From a virus (taxonomy: Duplodnaviria; Caudoviricetes): a stretch of DNA of 64,000 bases. The notes beneath the pieces are model-generated. The model searched no databases and was not told the origin of the DNA. It was given only the letters and a program-made list of their open reading frames with translations. The stretch's first letter is position 1; every line of letters starts with the position of its first letter. This document shows, piece by piece, positions 34,301-43,703 of this stretch. A program made the position numbers and the translations under genes. The stretch lies in the IMG/VR virus record IMGVR_UViG_3300024252_000005. One strand, 5' to 3'.

Positions 34301-36445
34301 GCAATTACAACTGCTAATAAGGTTGCTCTTTCTTCGCTTGATCTAGACGGTGGTACAGACATTGGTGCAGATCTTGCTGATGCTGATCTTATCGTTGTTG
34401 ATGATGGTGCAGGTGGTACTAATCGTAAGGCAGCACTTTCTAGAATGAAGAAATATGTTTACTCTTCAATTAGTGGTGATGCTACAGCTTCTGATGCAGG
34501 CGCGTTAACAATTGCAGCTAATGCTGTAGAAGGTTCAATGCTTAATAATAATGCTATTTCAGGTCAAACTGAGATGACGGGCGATGTTGCAGATACAGAC
34601 GAGCTTATGATCTCTGATGCTGGTACATTAAAGCGAGCTGACTTTAGCGTTGTAAGAGACGCAGTCTTTAACGACGTGAGTGGTGATGCTACAGTAGCAG
34701 CAGGAGGCGCGCTTACAATTGCTTCTGGTGCTGTTGAGACTGCAATGGTTAATGCTAACGTTTTGACAGGCCAAACTGCAGAAACGTCTATTGCTGATGA
34801 TGATCTTGTACTTATCTATGATACTTCAGCAACAGCGTTAAGAAAGATGACAAAAGCTAATTTCGTTAGTGGCTTGAGTGGCGGTGCAGCTGCAGATGAT
34901 ATTACAACAGGTGACGCTGCTGTTACTTTAGCAACATCTTCAGGTAATATTACAATTGATGCCCAAGGTAATGATACAGATATTATATTCAAGGGAACAG
35001 ATAACAATTCAGATATTACAATGTTAACCTTGGATGGTTCTAATGCAGGTGCTGCAACATTTAACTCAAGTGTTACTGTAGGCGGCTCATTGCTACCTTC
35101 AACTGCAAATAATCGCACTTTAGGTTCATCTTCGGCTGAGTGGTCGGATTTATATCTTGGTGATTCAAGCGTCATATACTTTGGTAATGATCAAGACGTA
35201 AGATTAACTCATGACCCAGATGATGGTCTTCGTTTTGATTTAGGAGGGTCTGAAGGTTCACACGATCCACAGCTTCAACTTAAAAGCAATAACGCATCAA
35301 GTGCTGGCCCTCGTTTAACATTTACACAGGAAAGTGCTTCTCCAGCAGCTCATGATAAATTAGGTCAAATTCTTTTTCAAGGTCATGACAGTGCTGGTAA
35401 TTTACAAGATTACGGTTATATTCATGGTAAAATATCAGACCCTGCAGACAGTTCAGAAGCAGGTACGATTTCAATACTTGCGTGGCCAGCATCAGGTAAT
35501 ACTCGTGGATTACACGTATCAGCGATCAACGATGGAACCGCACTATTGTCAAAAGTAAATATTGACCACGGAGCTGGGTATGGATTATACTTAAATAATA
35601 CACTAGTAACTTCGACAGCAGCTGAATTAAACTTACTTGATGGCGCTACTTCAGCTACTTCGACAACTTTAGTTGATGCTGACAGGGTTATTGTTAATGA
35701 TGCAGGAACAATGAAGCAGGTAGCACTTTCAGATGTTAAGACGTATATAGGAGCTGGCGCTGCAGATGATCTGACTACAGGTGACGCAGCAGTTACTTTA
35801 GCAACATCTTCAGGTAATATTACAATTGATGCTCAAGGTAATGACACAGATATCATATTCAAGGGAACAGATAACAATTCTGACATTACAATGTTAACCT
35901 TAGATGGTTCAGAAGCTGGTGACGCAACATTTAATAGAAACGTTACTGTAACTGGCGACATTATTCTTGATGACGGCGGATCTATTAAGGAAGCAGGCGG
36001 AACTGCTGCTATTACAATTGATGCTTCTGGTGAAGTGACTAAGATTGGACAAGATTCACCTTCAGACGGACAGGTATTAACTTGGGACAACTCAAACTCA
36101 AAAGTAGTTTGGTCTGCAGCTAGTGGTGGTGGATCTCAATTACCGCCAGAAGTAAAGACAGTCTCAACAACTGCAACTATTTCGCTAACACCTTCAAATG
36201 CTTCTACATACAATGCAATTGAAGTAATTTACACTACAACAGGATCAAGTGCTTATACAGTTACACTACCTACAGCTGCAAGTATTGAAGGTAAGAAGAT
36301 CCATGTTAAGAGGCTTGCAACTGCTAATGTCACAGTTGACGGACACAGTTCAGAAACAATTGATGGATCAGCAACGTTTGTATTGACAACACAATATAGC
36401 TCTGTAACAATGATTTCAGACGGTACAAATTGGTTGATTATCTAA
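31346..36445 (+). CDS. Long tail fibre-like protein (1699 aa), internally repetitive
   Basis: KIT.LA.PT..DAATK.YVD, two VR.AT...DR.L.KDQ..QNGIY modules, three EMTGDVAD modules, C-terminal TVTLP...WLII domain. Confidence 0.85.
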   Translation: MANLVPKVDNSGTLGTSAKKWANVHATTLTPSAQASSLSLNSQKITDLAAPTSANDAATKQYVDQTSQGLDVKASVRVATTANITIATALNVGDAIDGVTLADGDRVLVKDQSTASQNGIYVAGASPARSADMAASSEAAGVFVFVEEGSTSADHGFVCTTNDSADTVGTHSLAFVQFSGAGQITAGSGLSKAANTLSVDIPGSAEMTGDVADTDELLVSDGGTLKRAGFSVIRDAIFNDISGNATVAAGGALTIASASITGQTAEASIADDDLILISDTSASGALRKMTKANFVSGLGGGTLANVVEDTTPQLGGALDVNGKDIVSLSNGNITLIPNGSGVVRIDGTSGIDMESGSISVKNSGSVSNIKLYCESSNSHYTQLQSAAHASYSGNVTLTLPATTGTLVGTGDTGSVSNTMLAGSIANAKLANSALTVTAGDGLSGGGSVALGASTSLALDLNELTAAVVDVANDSIVIIDANDSNASKKESVVDLVAGVAGTGLSASSGQLSIDGTVTTLAGSQTLTNKTLTSPALNTGVSGTAVLDEDDMNSNSATKLATQQSIKAYVDAQVAGGGLNIDGYSALGGSGVHQTQDHFVLSDNGTEKKITFSNLEDAIFANISGDATIAAGGALTVGANAVEGSMLNNNTISGQTEMTGDVADADELLISDAGTLKRADFSVVRDAVFNDVSGDATVASGGALTIAATSVENSMLAGSITAAKMNNAIFADLETLGAPASDGQFIVATGSGAFAYESANTARTSLGLGTGDSPTFTSLALSGQAAALAMNSQKITGLATPTADGDAATKSYVDSVAQGLSAKDSVRAATTANGTLGSAFANSQAIDGVTLATGDRILIKDQSTASENGIYTVNASGAPTRAVDFDANAEVAKGAFIFVEEGTTNADAGFVLTTDGAITLGSTSLAFTQFSGAGDITAGSALTKSGNTLNVAVDDSSIEVSSDAIRVKASGITSAMLAGSIANSKLNAITTANKVALSSLDLDGGTDIGADLADADLIVVDDGAGGTNRKAALSRMKKYVYSSISGDATASDAGALTIAANAVEGSMLNNNAISGQTEMTGDVADTDELMISDAGTLKRADFSVVRDAVFNDVSGDATVAAGGALTIASGAVETAMVNANVLTGQTAETSIADDDLVLIYDTSATALRKMTKANFVSGLSGGAAADDITTGDAAVTLATSSGNITIDAQGNDTDIIFKGTDNNSDITMLTLDGSNAGAATFNSSVTVGGSLLPSTANNRTLGSSSAEWSDLYLGDSSVIYFGNDQDVRLTHDPDDGLRFDLGGSEGSHDPQLQLKSNNASSAGPRLTFTQESASPAAHDKLGQILFQGHDSAGNLQDYGYIHGKISDPADSSEAGTISILAWPASGNTRGLHVSAINDGTALLSKVNIDHGAGYGLYLNNTLVTSTAAELNLLDGATSATSTTLVDADRVIVNDAGTMKQVALSDVKTYIGAGAADDLTTGDAAVTLATSSGNITIDAQGNDTDIIFKGTDNNSDITMLTLDGSEAGDATFNRNVTVTGDIILDDGGSIKEAGGTAAITIDASGEVTKIGQDSPSDGQVLTWDNSNSKVVWSAASGGGSQLPPEVKTVSTTATISLTPSNASTYNAIEVIYTTTGSSAYTVTLPTAASIEGKKIHVKRLATANVTVDGHSSETIDGSATFVLTTQYSSVTMISDGTNWLII
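34891..35910 (+). repeat. ~150-bp intragenic duplication (34891-35040 and 35761-35910)
   Basis: Direct comparison; differences mostly synonymous third positions. Confidence 0.85.
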
Positions 36446-36511
36446 TATTAATTAATTAAGTTATAAATTGGATATCTCTTTCATATAATATAATAGAAAG
36501 AGAGGTCTGTT

Positions 36512-37345
36512 ATGACTGTATTGAAAGAACATGTTTCATTTTCTGAAATGAAGCAATGGAAAGAATGTTCTTGGCGGCACAAATTATTATATATTGATAA
36601 ACTATCTACTTTTGAAGAATCACCTCACTTGCATTATGGAACAATAATCCACGATGCATGTGAGCATTTTTTAAAAACTAGAGAGCTAAAAATAGACGAA
36701 GCAAAAGCTAAGATAAAAAAAGCTTGGGATGAAAATGGTTTTGACTCTGACGACTTTATACAGTTGCAGAGTCAAAAATCAAAGTTGCAAGGTTGGAATT
36801 ATAATCACAGTAAATTAGAAGACTGGCTCAAATGGACTGAGGCTTCTTTGAATTCTTTAGAAGAGTTTCTTGATGATACATTTCCTGATTGGGAGCTAGT
36901 ATCAGCAGAAGACCCACTTTATGAGAGCATAGATAATATATCCACTAAATTTAAAGGATACATAGACTGCATTATAAAGATACCATATAAGAATGACTAC
37001 AAGTACTGGATTATCGACTGGAAAACTTCTAACGGTAGAGGCTGGTCTATTGAAAAGCAAAGAGACTTTTTAACTCAATCACAAATAATTTTATATAAGC
37101 ACTTCTGGGGAAACAAAAACAATATTGATATGAAAAAAATACAATGTGGCTTTGTACTACTAAAAAAAGTTAAAAAGCAAGGAAAAGCATGTCAATTAAT
37201 AAAGGTTTCTAGTGGGCCTAAGAGTATTGAAAAAGCAAGCAAAATTATAAGAAGTATGATAAAAAATGTAAGCAAAAGCATATATTTGAAAAATAGAATG
37301 TCTTGTAAATTTTGTATATTTAAAGATACAGATCATTGTAAGTAG
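36512..37345 (+). CDS. PD-(D/E)XK nuclease, Cas4/AddB-like with Fe-S Cys motif
   Basis: KGYIDC, IIDWKTS, Q..LY; N-terminal Cys plus C-terminal CxxCxxxxxxxC. Confidence 0.85.
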   Translation: MTVLKEHVSFSEMKQWKECSWRHKLLYIDKLSTFEESPHLHYGTIIHDACEHFLKTRELKIDEAKAKIKKAWDENGFDSDDFIQLQSQKSKLQGWNYNHSKLEDWLKWTEASLNSLEEFLDDTFPDWELVSAEDPLYESIDNISTKFKGYIDCIIKIPYKNDYKYWIIDWKTSNGRGWSIEKQRDFLTQSQIILYKHFWGNKNNIDMKKIQCGFVLLKKVKKQGKACQLIKVSSGPKSIEKASKIIRSMIKNVSKSIYLKNRMSCKFCIFKDTDHCK

Positions 37346-37352
37346 GTTTTAA

Positions 37353-38600
37353 TTGGAAAAGAAAAAAATATTAGTTATTTCTGATCATGCATATTCTCCA
37401 AGTGGAGTAGGTGTTCAAACAAAATACTTAATAGAAGGTCTTTTAGACAAAAACAAATACAAGTTCATTCAGCTTGGTTGCGCTTTGAAACACTATGATT
37501 ATAGAACAAAAAAAGTATCAGAAGATTTCATAATTAAACCTATAGACGGCTTTGGGAATGCAAATTTGTTAAGAACTGTGCTGCTAAAAGAACAACCTTC
37601 AGCAATAATAATATTTTCAGACCCAAGATTTTTTACTTGGTTATTTGAAATAGAAGACGAAGTTAGAAAGCTTTGTCCTATATTGTGGTGGCATGTGTGG
37701 GATAATCTCCCTTACCCAAAGTTTAACGAATGGATGTATAAATCAGTTGATGCAATTAATTGTCACTCTTATTTGACGTATAGCATGTGCAAAGATAACT
37801 TTCCAGAAAAAACTACTTTTATACCGCATGCTCTTCCTAGCAATATATTTTATAGACTCAATAAGCGCGAAATTTTAGATGAGAAGAGTAGAATACTAGG
37901 TGAAGAAAGAAAAGATAATTTTGTATGCCTATGGATGAACAGAAACTGCAAAAGAAAAAGACCTGCAGATGTTCTGCGTTCTTGGAAACTGTTTTTAAAT
38001 ATGATTCCAGAAAAAGAAAGAAACAATGTAACGTTGCTAATGCATACTAACCCAGAAGATAAAGCTGGTAACGATTTATACGAAGTAGGCAAAATGCTTG
38101 ATATACTTGATTCTTTAGCTTTTTCAACTGAAGTCTTAGAAGAGAAGCTAATTAATATAATTCACAACATATCAGATGTATGTTTAAATATAAGCTTCAA
38201 TGAAGGCTTTGGGCTTGCAACATTAGGATCAATGCAAGTAGGAAATCCAATTATAGCATCTAAAACTGGTGGGCTATATAGGCAAGTAATAAATTATAGA
38301 GATGGTACTATGAATGGTATAGGTTTAGAACCTAAACTTAAAACTCTTGTAGGCAGTCAAAATATACCTTATATCTTTGAAGAATACGTCAGCTGTGAAG
38401 ATACTGCTATAGCATTAAAAAACATCTATAGACTAAATGATCGTGAAAAAGATAAGATTAGTAAAAAGGTAGAGCTATATGTAAAAGAAGAGTTTTCTTA
38501 TAAAAAGACAATAGAATTGTGGCATAAATCAATTCAAGATGTTATTGATATTCATAAAATCAAAAAAACGCAAAAATCTGCGAGAATTACTAATTTATGA
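37353..38600 (+). CDS. GT-B (family 4-like) glycosyltransferase
   Basis: SGVGVQT, NRNCKRK, NEGFGLATL, GG. Confidence 0.85.
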   Translation: MEKKKILVISDHAYSPSGVGVQTKYLIEGLLDKNKYKFIQLGCALKHYDYRTKKVSEDFIIKPIDGFGNANLLRTVLLKEQPSAIIIFSDPRFFTWLFEIEDEVRKLCPILWWHVWDNLPYPKFNEWMYKSVDAINCHSYLTYSMCKDNFPEKTTFIPHALPSNIFYRLNKREILDEKSRILGEERKDNFVCLWMNRNCKRKRPADVLRSWKLFLNMIPEKERNNVTLLMHTNPEDKAGNDLYEVGKMLDILDSLAFSTEVLEEKLINIIHNISDVCLNISFNEGFGLATLGSMQVGNPIIASKTGGLYRQVINYRDGTMNGIGLEPKLKTLVGSQNIPYIFEEYVSCEDTAIALKNIYRLNDREKDKISKKVELYVKEEFSYKKTIELWHKSIQDVIDIHKIKKTQKSARITNL

Positions 38601-39775
38601 AAAAGAAAAAAGTTTTATTAAAGGGGCCTCTACTTACTAACAGCGGTTATGGTGTTCATTCTAGACAAGTATTTAGTGCTTTAATCAGTAGAAAAGACAT
38701 AGATTTGTATGCAATACCTACAAGATGGGGCAATACTTCATGGATTCTAGACAGAGAATTTAATAATGGCTTGATTGGAGAAATATTTGACATATGCCTT
38801 AAAAGCAAAAACAATATTTCTTTTGATGAGTCATATCAGGTTTTAATTCCGAACGAGTGGAGCTTATTAGCAAATAAAAATATAGGCATTACAGCTGGTT
38901 TTGAGTCAGATATTGTTAAATTATCTTGGATCTCTAAAGTAAACGAAATGGACCATGTAATAGTACCATCTATGTTTACCAGAAATGCTTTTGTTAGAAC
39001 TTCTTTAGAAAAAGGTGTAAACATAAATGCAGATATTGAAGTGATAAACGAGTGGTATTACGATAACTTTGATAAAATTGAGTTAAAAGAAGATATTTTT
39101 GACTGCTTAAGACATGAAAACAATATATTGGTAATGTGTCAAATAACAGCTAGTAGTACGTTATCTGATAGAAAAAATGCATATAAGACTATATCAACAG
39201 CTTTAGAGTTTATAAGAGACAAAAAAGACTTTGGATTATTGCTTAAGATTAATACGGGCAATTATTCTCAAAAGTGCTTTGAAAAGATTGACAAAGATAT
39301 ATTTGATAATTTTGGTGACTTATGTAAAGACAAAGTATCTATTATAAGTGAAAGCTTGAGCATAGAAGGTTTAATGCACTTATATTCTTCTCAAAAAGTA
39401 AAGTGCATGCTTTCAGGAACTAGAGGAGAAGGTTGGGGCTTACCTTTTGTCGAAGCAAGTTCTTGTGGTTTACCTATAATTTCAACAAATTACTCATCAT
39501 ATTTAGAGTTTTTAGAAGAAGATTTGCTTGGAGTTGACTATGACTTAGTAGATATAAAATTAGATGATGAAATGTTTACTGATAGTGACTCTTCACCTAA
39601 GTGGGCAGAGTTTAGAGGAGAAAGCATGCTTGAAGAATTGAATAAATTAGCAAATAATTATGATTTTTACAAAGAAATTGCTGTAAAAAGATCAAAAATT
39701 ATTAAACAAAAATATAGCATTGAGTCTATAATGAATACTTATAAATTATTTTTTGAGAAAATTGAACAACAATGA
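38597..39775 (+). CDS. GT-B (family 4-like) glycosyltransferase
   Basis: SGYGVHSR, GEGWGLPFVEASSCGLPII. Confidence 0.85.
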   Translation: MKKKKVLLKGPLLTNSGYGVHSRQVFSALISRKDIDLYAIPTRWGNTSWILDREFNNGLIGEIFDICLKSKNNISFDESYQVLIPNEWSLLANKNIGITAGFESDIVKLSWISKVNEMDHVIVPSMFTRNAFVRTSLEKGVNINADIEVINEWYYDNFDKIELKEDIFDCLRHENNILVMCQITASSTLSDRKNAYKTISTALEFIRDKKDFGLLLKINTGNYSQKCFEKIDKDIFDNFGDLCKDKVSIISESLSIEGLMHLYSSQKVKCMLSGTRGEGWGLPFVEASSCGLPIISTNYSSYLEFLEEDLLGVDYDLVDIKLDDEMFTDSDSSPKWAEFRGESMLEELNKLANNYDFYKEIAVKRSKIIKQKYSIESIMNTYKLFFEKIEQQ

Positions 39776-40089
39776 GTTTTTTAATAGCAGTACTTGTATT
39801 TTTTATTGTTTTTTTTGGGTTTTTTTGTATAAAATTTGCAATTGCATTAATTAGAGTACAAGAAGCAATAGAAGATGCGTTAGATGAAATAGACGCAAAA
39901 TACAATAGCATAAGTAGAATTTTGCAGATACCTGTATTTTTTGATAGCCCAGAAGTTAAAAGAATAGTTAGCGAAATTTATGATGTAAGAGAATCAATCA
40001 TTTATGTTGCAGATAGACTTTCAAATTCAGTTAACAAAAAAACAAAAACAGGAATTACAAGCGAAAGTGAAGAAGATTTAGAATCTTAA
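39772..40089 (+). CDS. Single-TM membrane protein
   Basis: Hydrophobic N-terminal helix. Confidence 0.7.
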   Translation: MSFLIAVLVFFIVFFGFFCIKFAIALIRVQEAIEDALDEIDAKYNSISRILQIPVFFDSPEVKRIVSEIYDVRESIIYVADRLSNSVNKKTKTGITSESEEDLES

Positions 40090-40098
40090 TGAAAAGAG

Positions 40099-40860
40099 TT
40101 GACTTTGAAAAAGAAAGATTTACCATCTAACAAAAAAGAGGAACCAAAAAAGAAGAAAAAGAAGAAGTCTAATTATTATTTTACACTTGATACACAAAAT
40201 AAAATTGTAGAATATCAGCAGTTAAAAAATAAAAGAAGACAAGACAAAATTTATACTGAACATATTCAGCCAGCTTTTACAGAATTAGTACACAATCTCG
40301 TATCAGTTTATAAGTTTAAATCTTCTATAGAGGACATTAATCATTTAAAACATGATTGTGTTGTTTTTTTATATGAAACTCTATATAAGTGGAAGCCTGA
40401 GAATGGTACTAAAGCTTTTTCATATTTTAATGTAGTTGCTAAAAACTGGTTGACAATTCATTCAAGAAGATTATTAAAACATTCTAGGCGAAGTGTCTCT
40501 ACAGATAATCCTACAGATTTTACATCTTATGAAAAATCTCAGCTCAACAAAATAGACAAAGATGTTGCTGAAGAGTATGAAGATGCAATAAAAATAGAGG
40601 CATTTCCTACTACATTTCGAAACATACTAAGTCAAGTTAAAGTTAAGTTAAAAGATAACAGAGACTTTAGATGTATTGATGCTATACAACAAGTATTTGA
40701 CAACGTTGAAAATTTGGATTATCTAAATAAAAGGGCTGTTTTCGTATATTTGAGAGAAATATCAGGTCTAAATAGCACAGAATTATCTTCAAGCTTGTCA
40801 AATATTAGAAAACATTACAGAAAAATAATCGGGTCAGAGATTGACTTTGATTTCTTTTGA
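40099..40860 (+). CDS. Late sigma-like transcription factor (T4 gp55-like)
   Basis: YFT..., LKHDCVVFLYETLYKWKPENGTKAFSYFNVVAKNWL resembles the gp55/sigma region 2 pattern. Confidence 0.6.
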   Translation: MTLKKKDLPSNKKEEPKKKKKKKSNYYFTLDTQNKIVEYQQLKNKRRQDKIYTEHIQPAFTELVHNLVSVYKFKSSIEDINHLKHDCVVFLYETLYKWKPENGTKAFSYFNVVAKNWLTIHSRRLLKHSRRSVSTDNPTDFTSYEKSQLNKIDKDVAEEYEDAIKIEAFPTTFRNILSQVKVKLKDNRDFRCIDAIQQVFDNVENLDYLNKRAVFVYLREISGLNSTELSSSLSNIRKHYRKIIGSEIDFDFF

Positions 40861-40870
40861 GAGGTATTAA

Positions 40871-41248
40871 ATGAACGATAAAGATGTAGAAAAAGTATCT
40901 AATAACTTAGACAAAAATGAAAAAAAAGAAAATGCTATAAAGAACTTTGCAGACATACTTGACAGCATTGACACGCTAGAAAACAAAAAGAAGATGCTGT
41001 GGAAAGAGATATACGAAAATGCGCTTGAAGATAGAGAGAAGTCAAAGCTAATGTTTAATGATGCATATATTGGAATGCAAGGTGGAATAAACGAGCATAT
41101 GAATATAGGAGGTATTATGTCTAAGTACATTGAGAGAATGAGTAAGTCAAACGATCAGATACTTAAGTTAGCTGAATTAATTGCAAAAGAAGAAGAAAAA
41201 GAAGAAACAATATCAGACGATGATATTTTTAGTAAAATTAGCATTTAG
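40871..41248 (+). CDS. Coiled-coil hypothetical protein (terminase small subunit-like size and pattern, unproven)
   Basis: Helical, acidic tail; only weak resemblance. Confidence 0.4.
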   Translation: MNDKDVEKVSNNLDKNEKKENAIKNFADILDSIDTLENKKKMLWKEIYENALEDREKSKLMFNDAYIGMQGGINEHMNIGGIMSKYIERMSKSNDQILKLAELIAKEEEKEETISDDDIFSKISI

Positions 41249-41256
41249 AGAAGACT

Positions 41257-43164
41257 ATGTTTATACAAACAAGATGTTTATATGTTGTAGGGAGTGACAG
41301 ACAAAATAGTCAAAAAATCTATTCTAGTCTTGATAATCTAGGATTAATTAACAAGCTATTTTCTAAAAGCGAAGATAGTATTGATGCTATTCATGGCTTT
41401 TTGCAGCTTTTACCAGATCAGACAGTTTTTTCAAAAAAAGTTGCTAATGTTGAAAAAGATTCAACGGGCTACTATATAAGCTTACCACTTTTCAGTTCTC
41501 ATTTGAAAATGCCAGTAAAATGTGGTGAATATATTTGGGTATATCCATATGAGTCAAGCTCACAATTATATTCTGCTTTTTCTATTAACTCATACTGGGT
41601 AAGTAGAGTGCATGGTCTAGATCATTCTGAAGATGCTAATTTTACATTTAACGATAGAGATTTTATATCAAACTTTTCAAGCAAGCGTCTGAGTAAAGAC
41701 TTTGAAGAAGAAAAAGAATCAAGAGCTAGAAAAAAGAAAGTCTTGAAAGCATACAAGTCTGATCAAAAAAACAATATTGTTAAACCTTCAATAAACTTTG
41801 GCGAATCTACATTTGAACTTGATAAAAGAGAAATTGAGTACTTGGAAAATAATTTGTCTTCATATACAAATAACTGTGTACCAAAAATCACAAATCAGTC
41901 TGAAGATTTGCTTGTTCAAGGATCTAATAATACATTTATAAAAATGACTTCTGATGGTGTTGATGTATATGGAAGTTATGCTAGAAACGCTGCAGGAAGT
42001 GGTGAAATAAAAATAGTTTCCGGCCCAGGAAAATATAGTAAAGGTTACGAATATTCTAAATCTGGTTTGTTTATAAATCAAAAAGGCCAGAAGTATTTAG
42101 ACTCACCTTATAATCTTTTAGTTTCTAGTGATTCACCTTCTCCAACGAAGTTAATTCACGAAAAAGAAAATTTTGAAGAAAATATAAAAAATGTTAACTT
42201 GTACTCTTTAGAAAACATTGAAAAAAATAGAAAAGATGAAGGAGCATTTGACATATTAGATGACTCTTCAAAAATACTAGTTTCAGAGAATGCAAATTAT
42301 AATAATGTCCTAAATGACAATTTTGATATTTATTTAAATTTGAGTAGTTTTTCTTTAGAAAAAATGACTTTTGGAATACCATCAAGTTTATTATCTGAAG
42401 AAGATTTAACGTTTAATATAAATAACTTTCAAAATAACTATGCAAACATTTCAGATTTTAATATGCCTTCTATTAGTTTAATATCTAATAGTATCAACAC
42501 ATTTTCAAGAATGGGTGCCGGTAGTATTTCTTTTATAAAAGAGTATTTCTCTTATGATCTTGAAAGACAATTAAACTCATATATAAGATTAGATAAAGAT
42601 GGTAACATATATATAGATGGAAATAGAATTTTTATAGGTAGCGAATCTCTAGAAAAAGAAAAAGGAACATTTGAAAACGGTAAAGGAACAATTGTTAATA
42701 TTGGTTTAGGAGAAGAAAGCCAATCACTTGTGCTGGGTGAACAACTAAAAGAGTACATTCAAGAAATGATATATGTAAATAGAGAAGACATGGATCTTAC
42801 AAAAAAGCTCTTTGAAGAAGTTAAAAATACACAGGCTGACATGGATAGCAATACTTTTGCTGAACTTGAATTTGCATTAAACGGAACAGTTCAAAGTTTG
42901 TTAGGCGAATCTGCAAGTATTATTGGCGCAGCTGGTCCAGCTTCTGGTGCAGTTACACAAATATTAGCAACTATAAATAGTCTAGTAACAGATTTACTGT
43001 CTGCAATAAATAGTGCAAATAGTGCAAATTTAGATAGATTACAAAAGCTATCAGACGAAATAGTTTTATCAAAACTTAAAAAAGACGAAGAGCTTTCTAG
43101 TAGAATGTTAAAGATTTCAGATAATATTGATAAAATTTTAAGTAAAATTAGTAAAACATCTTAA
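41257..43164 (+). CDS. Baseplate hub/spike (gp5/gpV-like) protein
   Basis: DLLVQGSNNTFI, beta-helix-like middle, QSLVLGEQL C-terminal motif; adjacent to the gp25-like gene. Confidence 0.55.
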   Translation: MFIQTRCLYVVGSDRQNSQKIYSSLDNLGLINKLFSKSEDSIDAIHGFLQLLPDQTVFSKKVANVEKDSTGYYISLPLFSSHLKMPVKCGEYIWVYPYESSSQLYSAFSINSYWVSRVHGLDHSEDANFTFNDRDFISNFSSKRLSKDFEEEKESRARKKKVLKAYKSDQKNNIVKPSINFGESTFELDKREIEYLENNLSSYTNNCVPKITNQSEDLLVQGSNNTFIKMTSDGVDVYGSYARNAAGSGEIKIVSGPGKYSKGYEYSKSGLFINQKGQKYLDSPYNLLVSSDSPSPTKLIHEKENFEENIKNVNLYSLENIEKNRKDEGAFDILDDSSKILVSENANYNNVLNDNFDIYLNLSSFSLEKMTFGIPSSLLSEEDLTFNINNFQNNYANISDFNMPSISLISNSINTFSRMGAGSISFIKEYFSYDLERQLNSYIRLDKDGNIYIDGNRIFIGSESLEKEKGTFENGKGTIVNIGLGEESQSLVLGEQLKEYIQEMIYVNREDMDLTKKLFEEVKNTQADMDSNTFAELEFALNGTVQSLLGESASIIGAAGPASGAVTQILATINSLVTDLLSAINSANSANLDRLQKLSDEIVLSKLKKDEELSSRMLKISDNIDKILSKISKTS

Positions 43165-43205
43165 GTATTATTTATTAAGCTAAATATTTATGTTTGAGGT
43201 GTAAC

Positions 43206-43703
43206 ATGTCAGAAATTAAATTTTTAAATACAGGGCAAACATTACAAGAAAAAAACGAGAAAGAACTACTCGACTCAAAGAGTATCAAAAGTGATATTTT
43301 ACCATTAGGTATTAAAATGCCGCTTGAAAGAGGTTCAAAATCATATGAATCGTTATTCAAGATGAATACAAATATTTTTGATCAAGTTTCAAACAACTTC
43401 AAAACTTTTTTGATGACAAAAAAAGGCGAATTACTTTGCAAACCTAACTTCGGAACTATATTACATGAAATATATAATAAGACTGACTTAGAACTAGACG
43501 ATATAGAAAATATTGTTATGGAAGAAATACAAAGCAGTGTTTCAGAGTTTTTTCCTTTTATTAATTTAATAGATTTTGAGTCAAAAGAAGTTACAAATAA
43601 TAGCAATGATGCAAATTATATGCTTGTTACTATAAGATATTTTATTCAGGGCTTCGAAAATAGAAAAAATAGTTTAGAGCTAAGAATTAGGAGATCTGTT
43701 TAA
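43206..43703 (+). CDS. Baseplate wedge protein, gp25/GPW family
   Basis: NFKTFLMTKKGE...PNFGT motif. Confidence 0.85.
   Translation: MSEIKFLNTGQTLQEKNEKELLDSKSIKSDILPLGIKMPLERGSKSYESLFKMNTNIFDQVSNNFKTFLMTKKGELLCKPNFGTILHEIYNKTDLELDDIENIVMEEIQSSVSEFFPFINLIDFESKEVTNNSNDANYMLVTIRYFIQGFENRKNSLELRIRRSV

Noticed and set aside
24745-36090. Numerous 60-190 aa minus-strand ORFs opposite the fibre genes
   Set aside because: Mirror-frame shadows of Ala/Ser/Thr/Gly-rich coding sequence; no RBS and no coherent protein features
31346-36445. Diversity-generating retroelement (TR/VR) in the fibre repeats
   Set aside because: Differences between copies are mostly synonymous and involve C/T and A/T changes, not adenine-only; both copies are in-frame coding; no reverse transcriptase in the window
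31346-36445. Higher GC (~43% in a sampled line) as a sign of horizontal transfer
   Set aside because: Explained by Ala/Gly/Thr/Ser-rich amino-acid composition; third positions remain A/T-biased
36512-37345. CRISPR-Cas locus
   Set aside because: Only a solo Cas4-like nuclease; no repeat-spacer array or other cas genes seen
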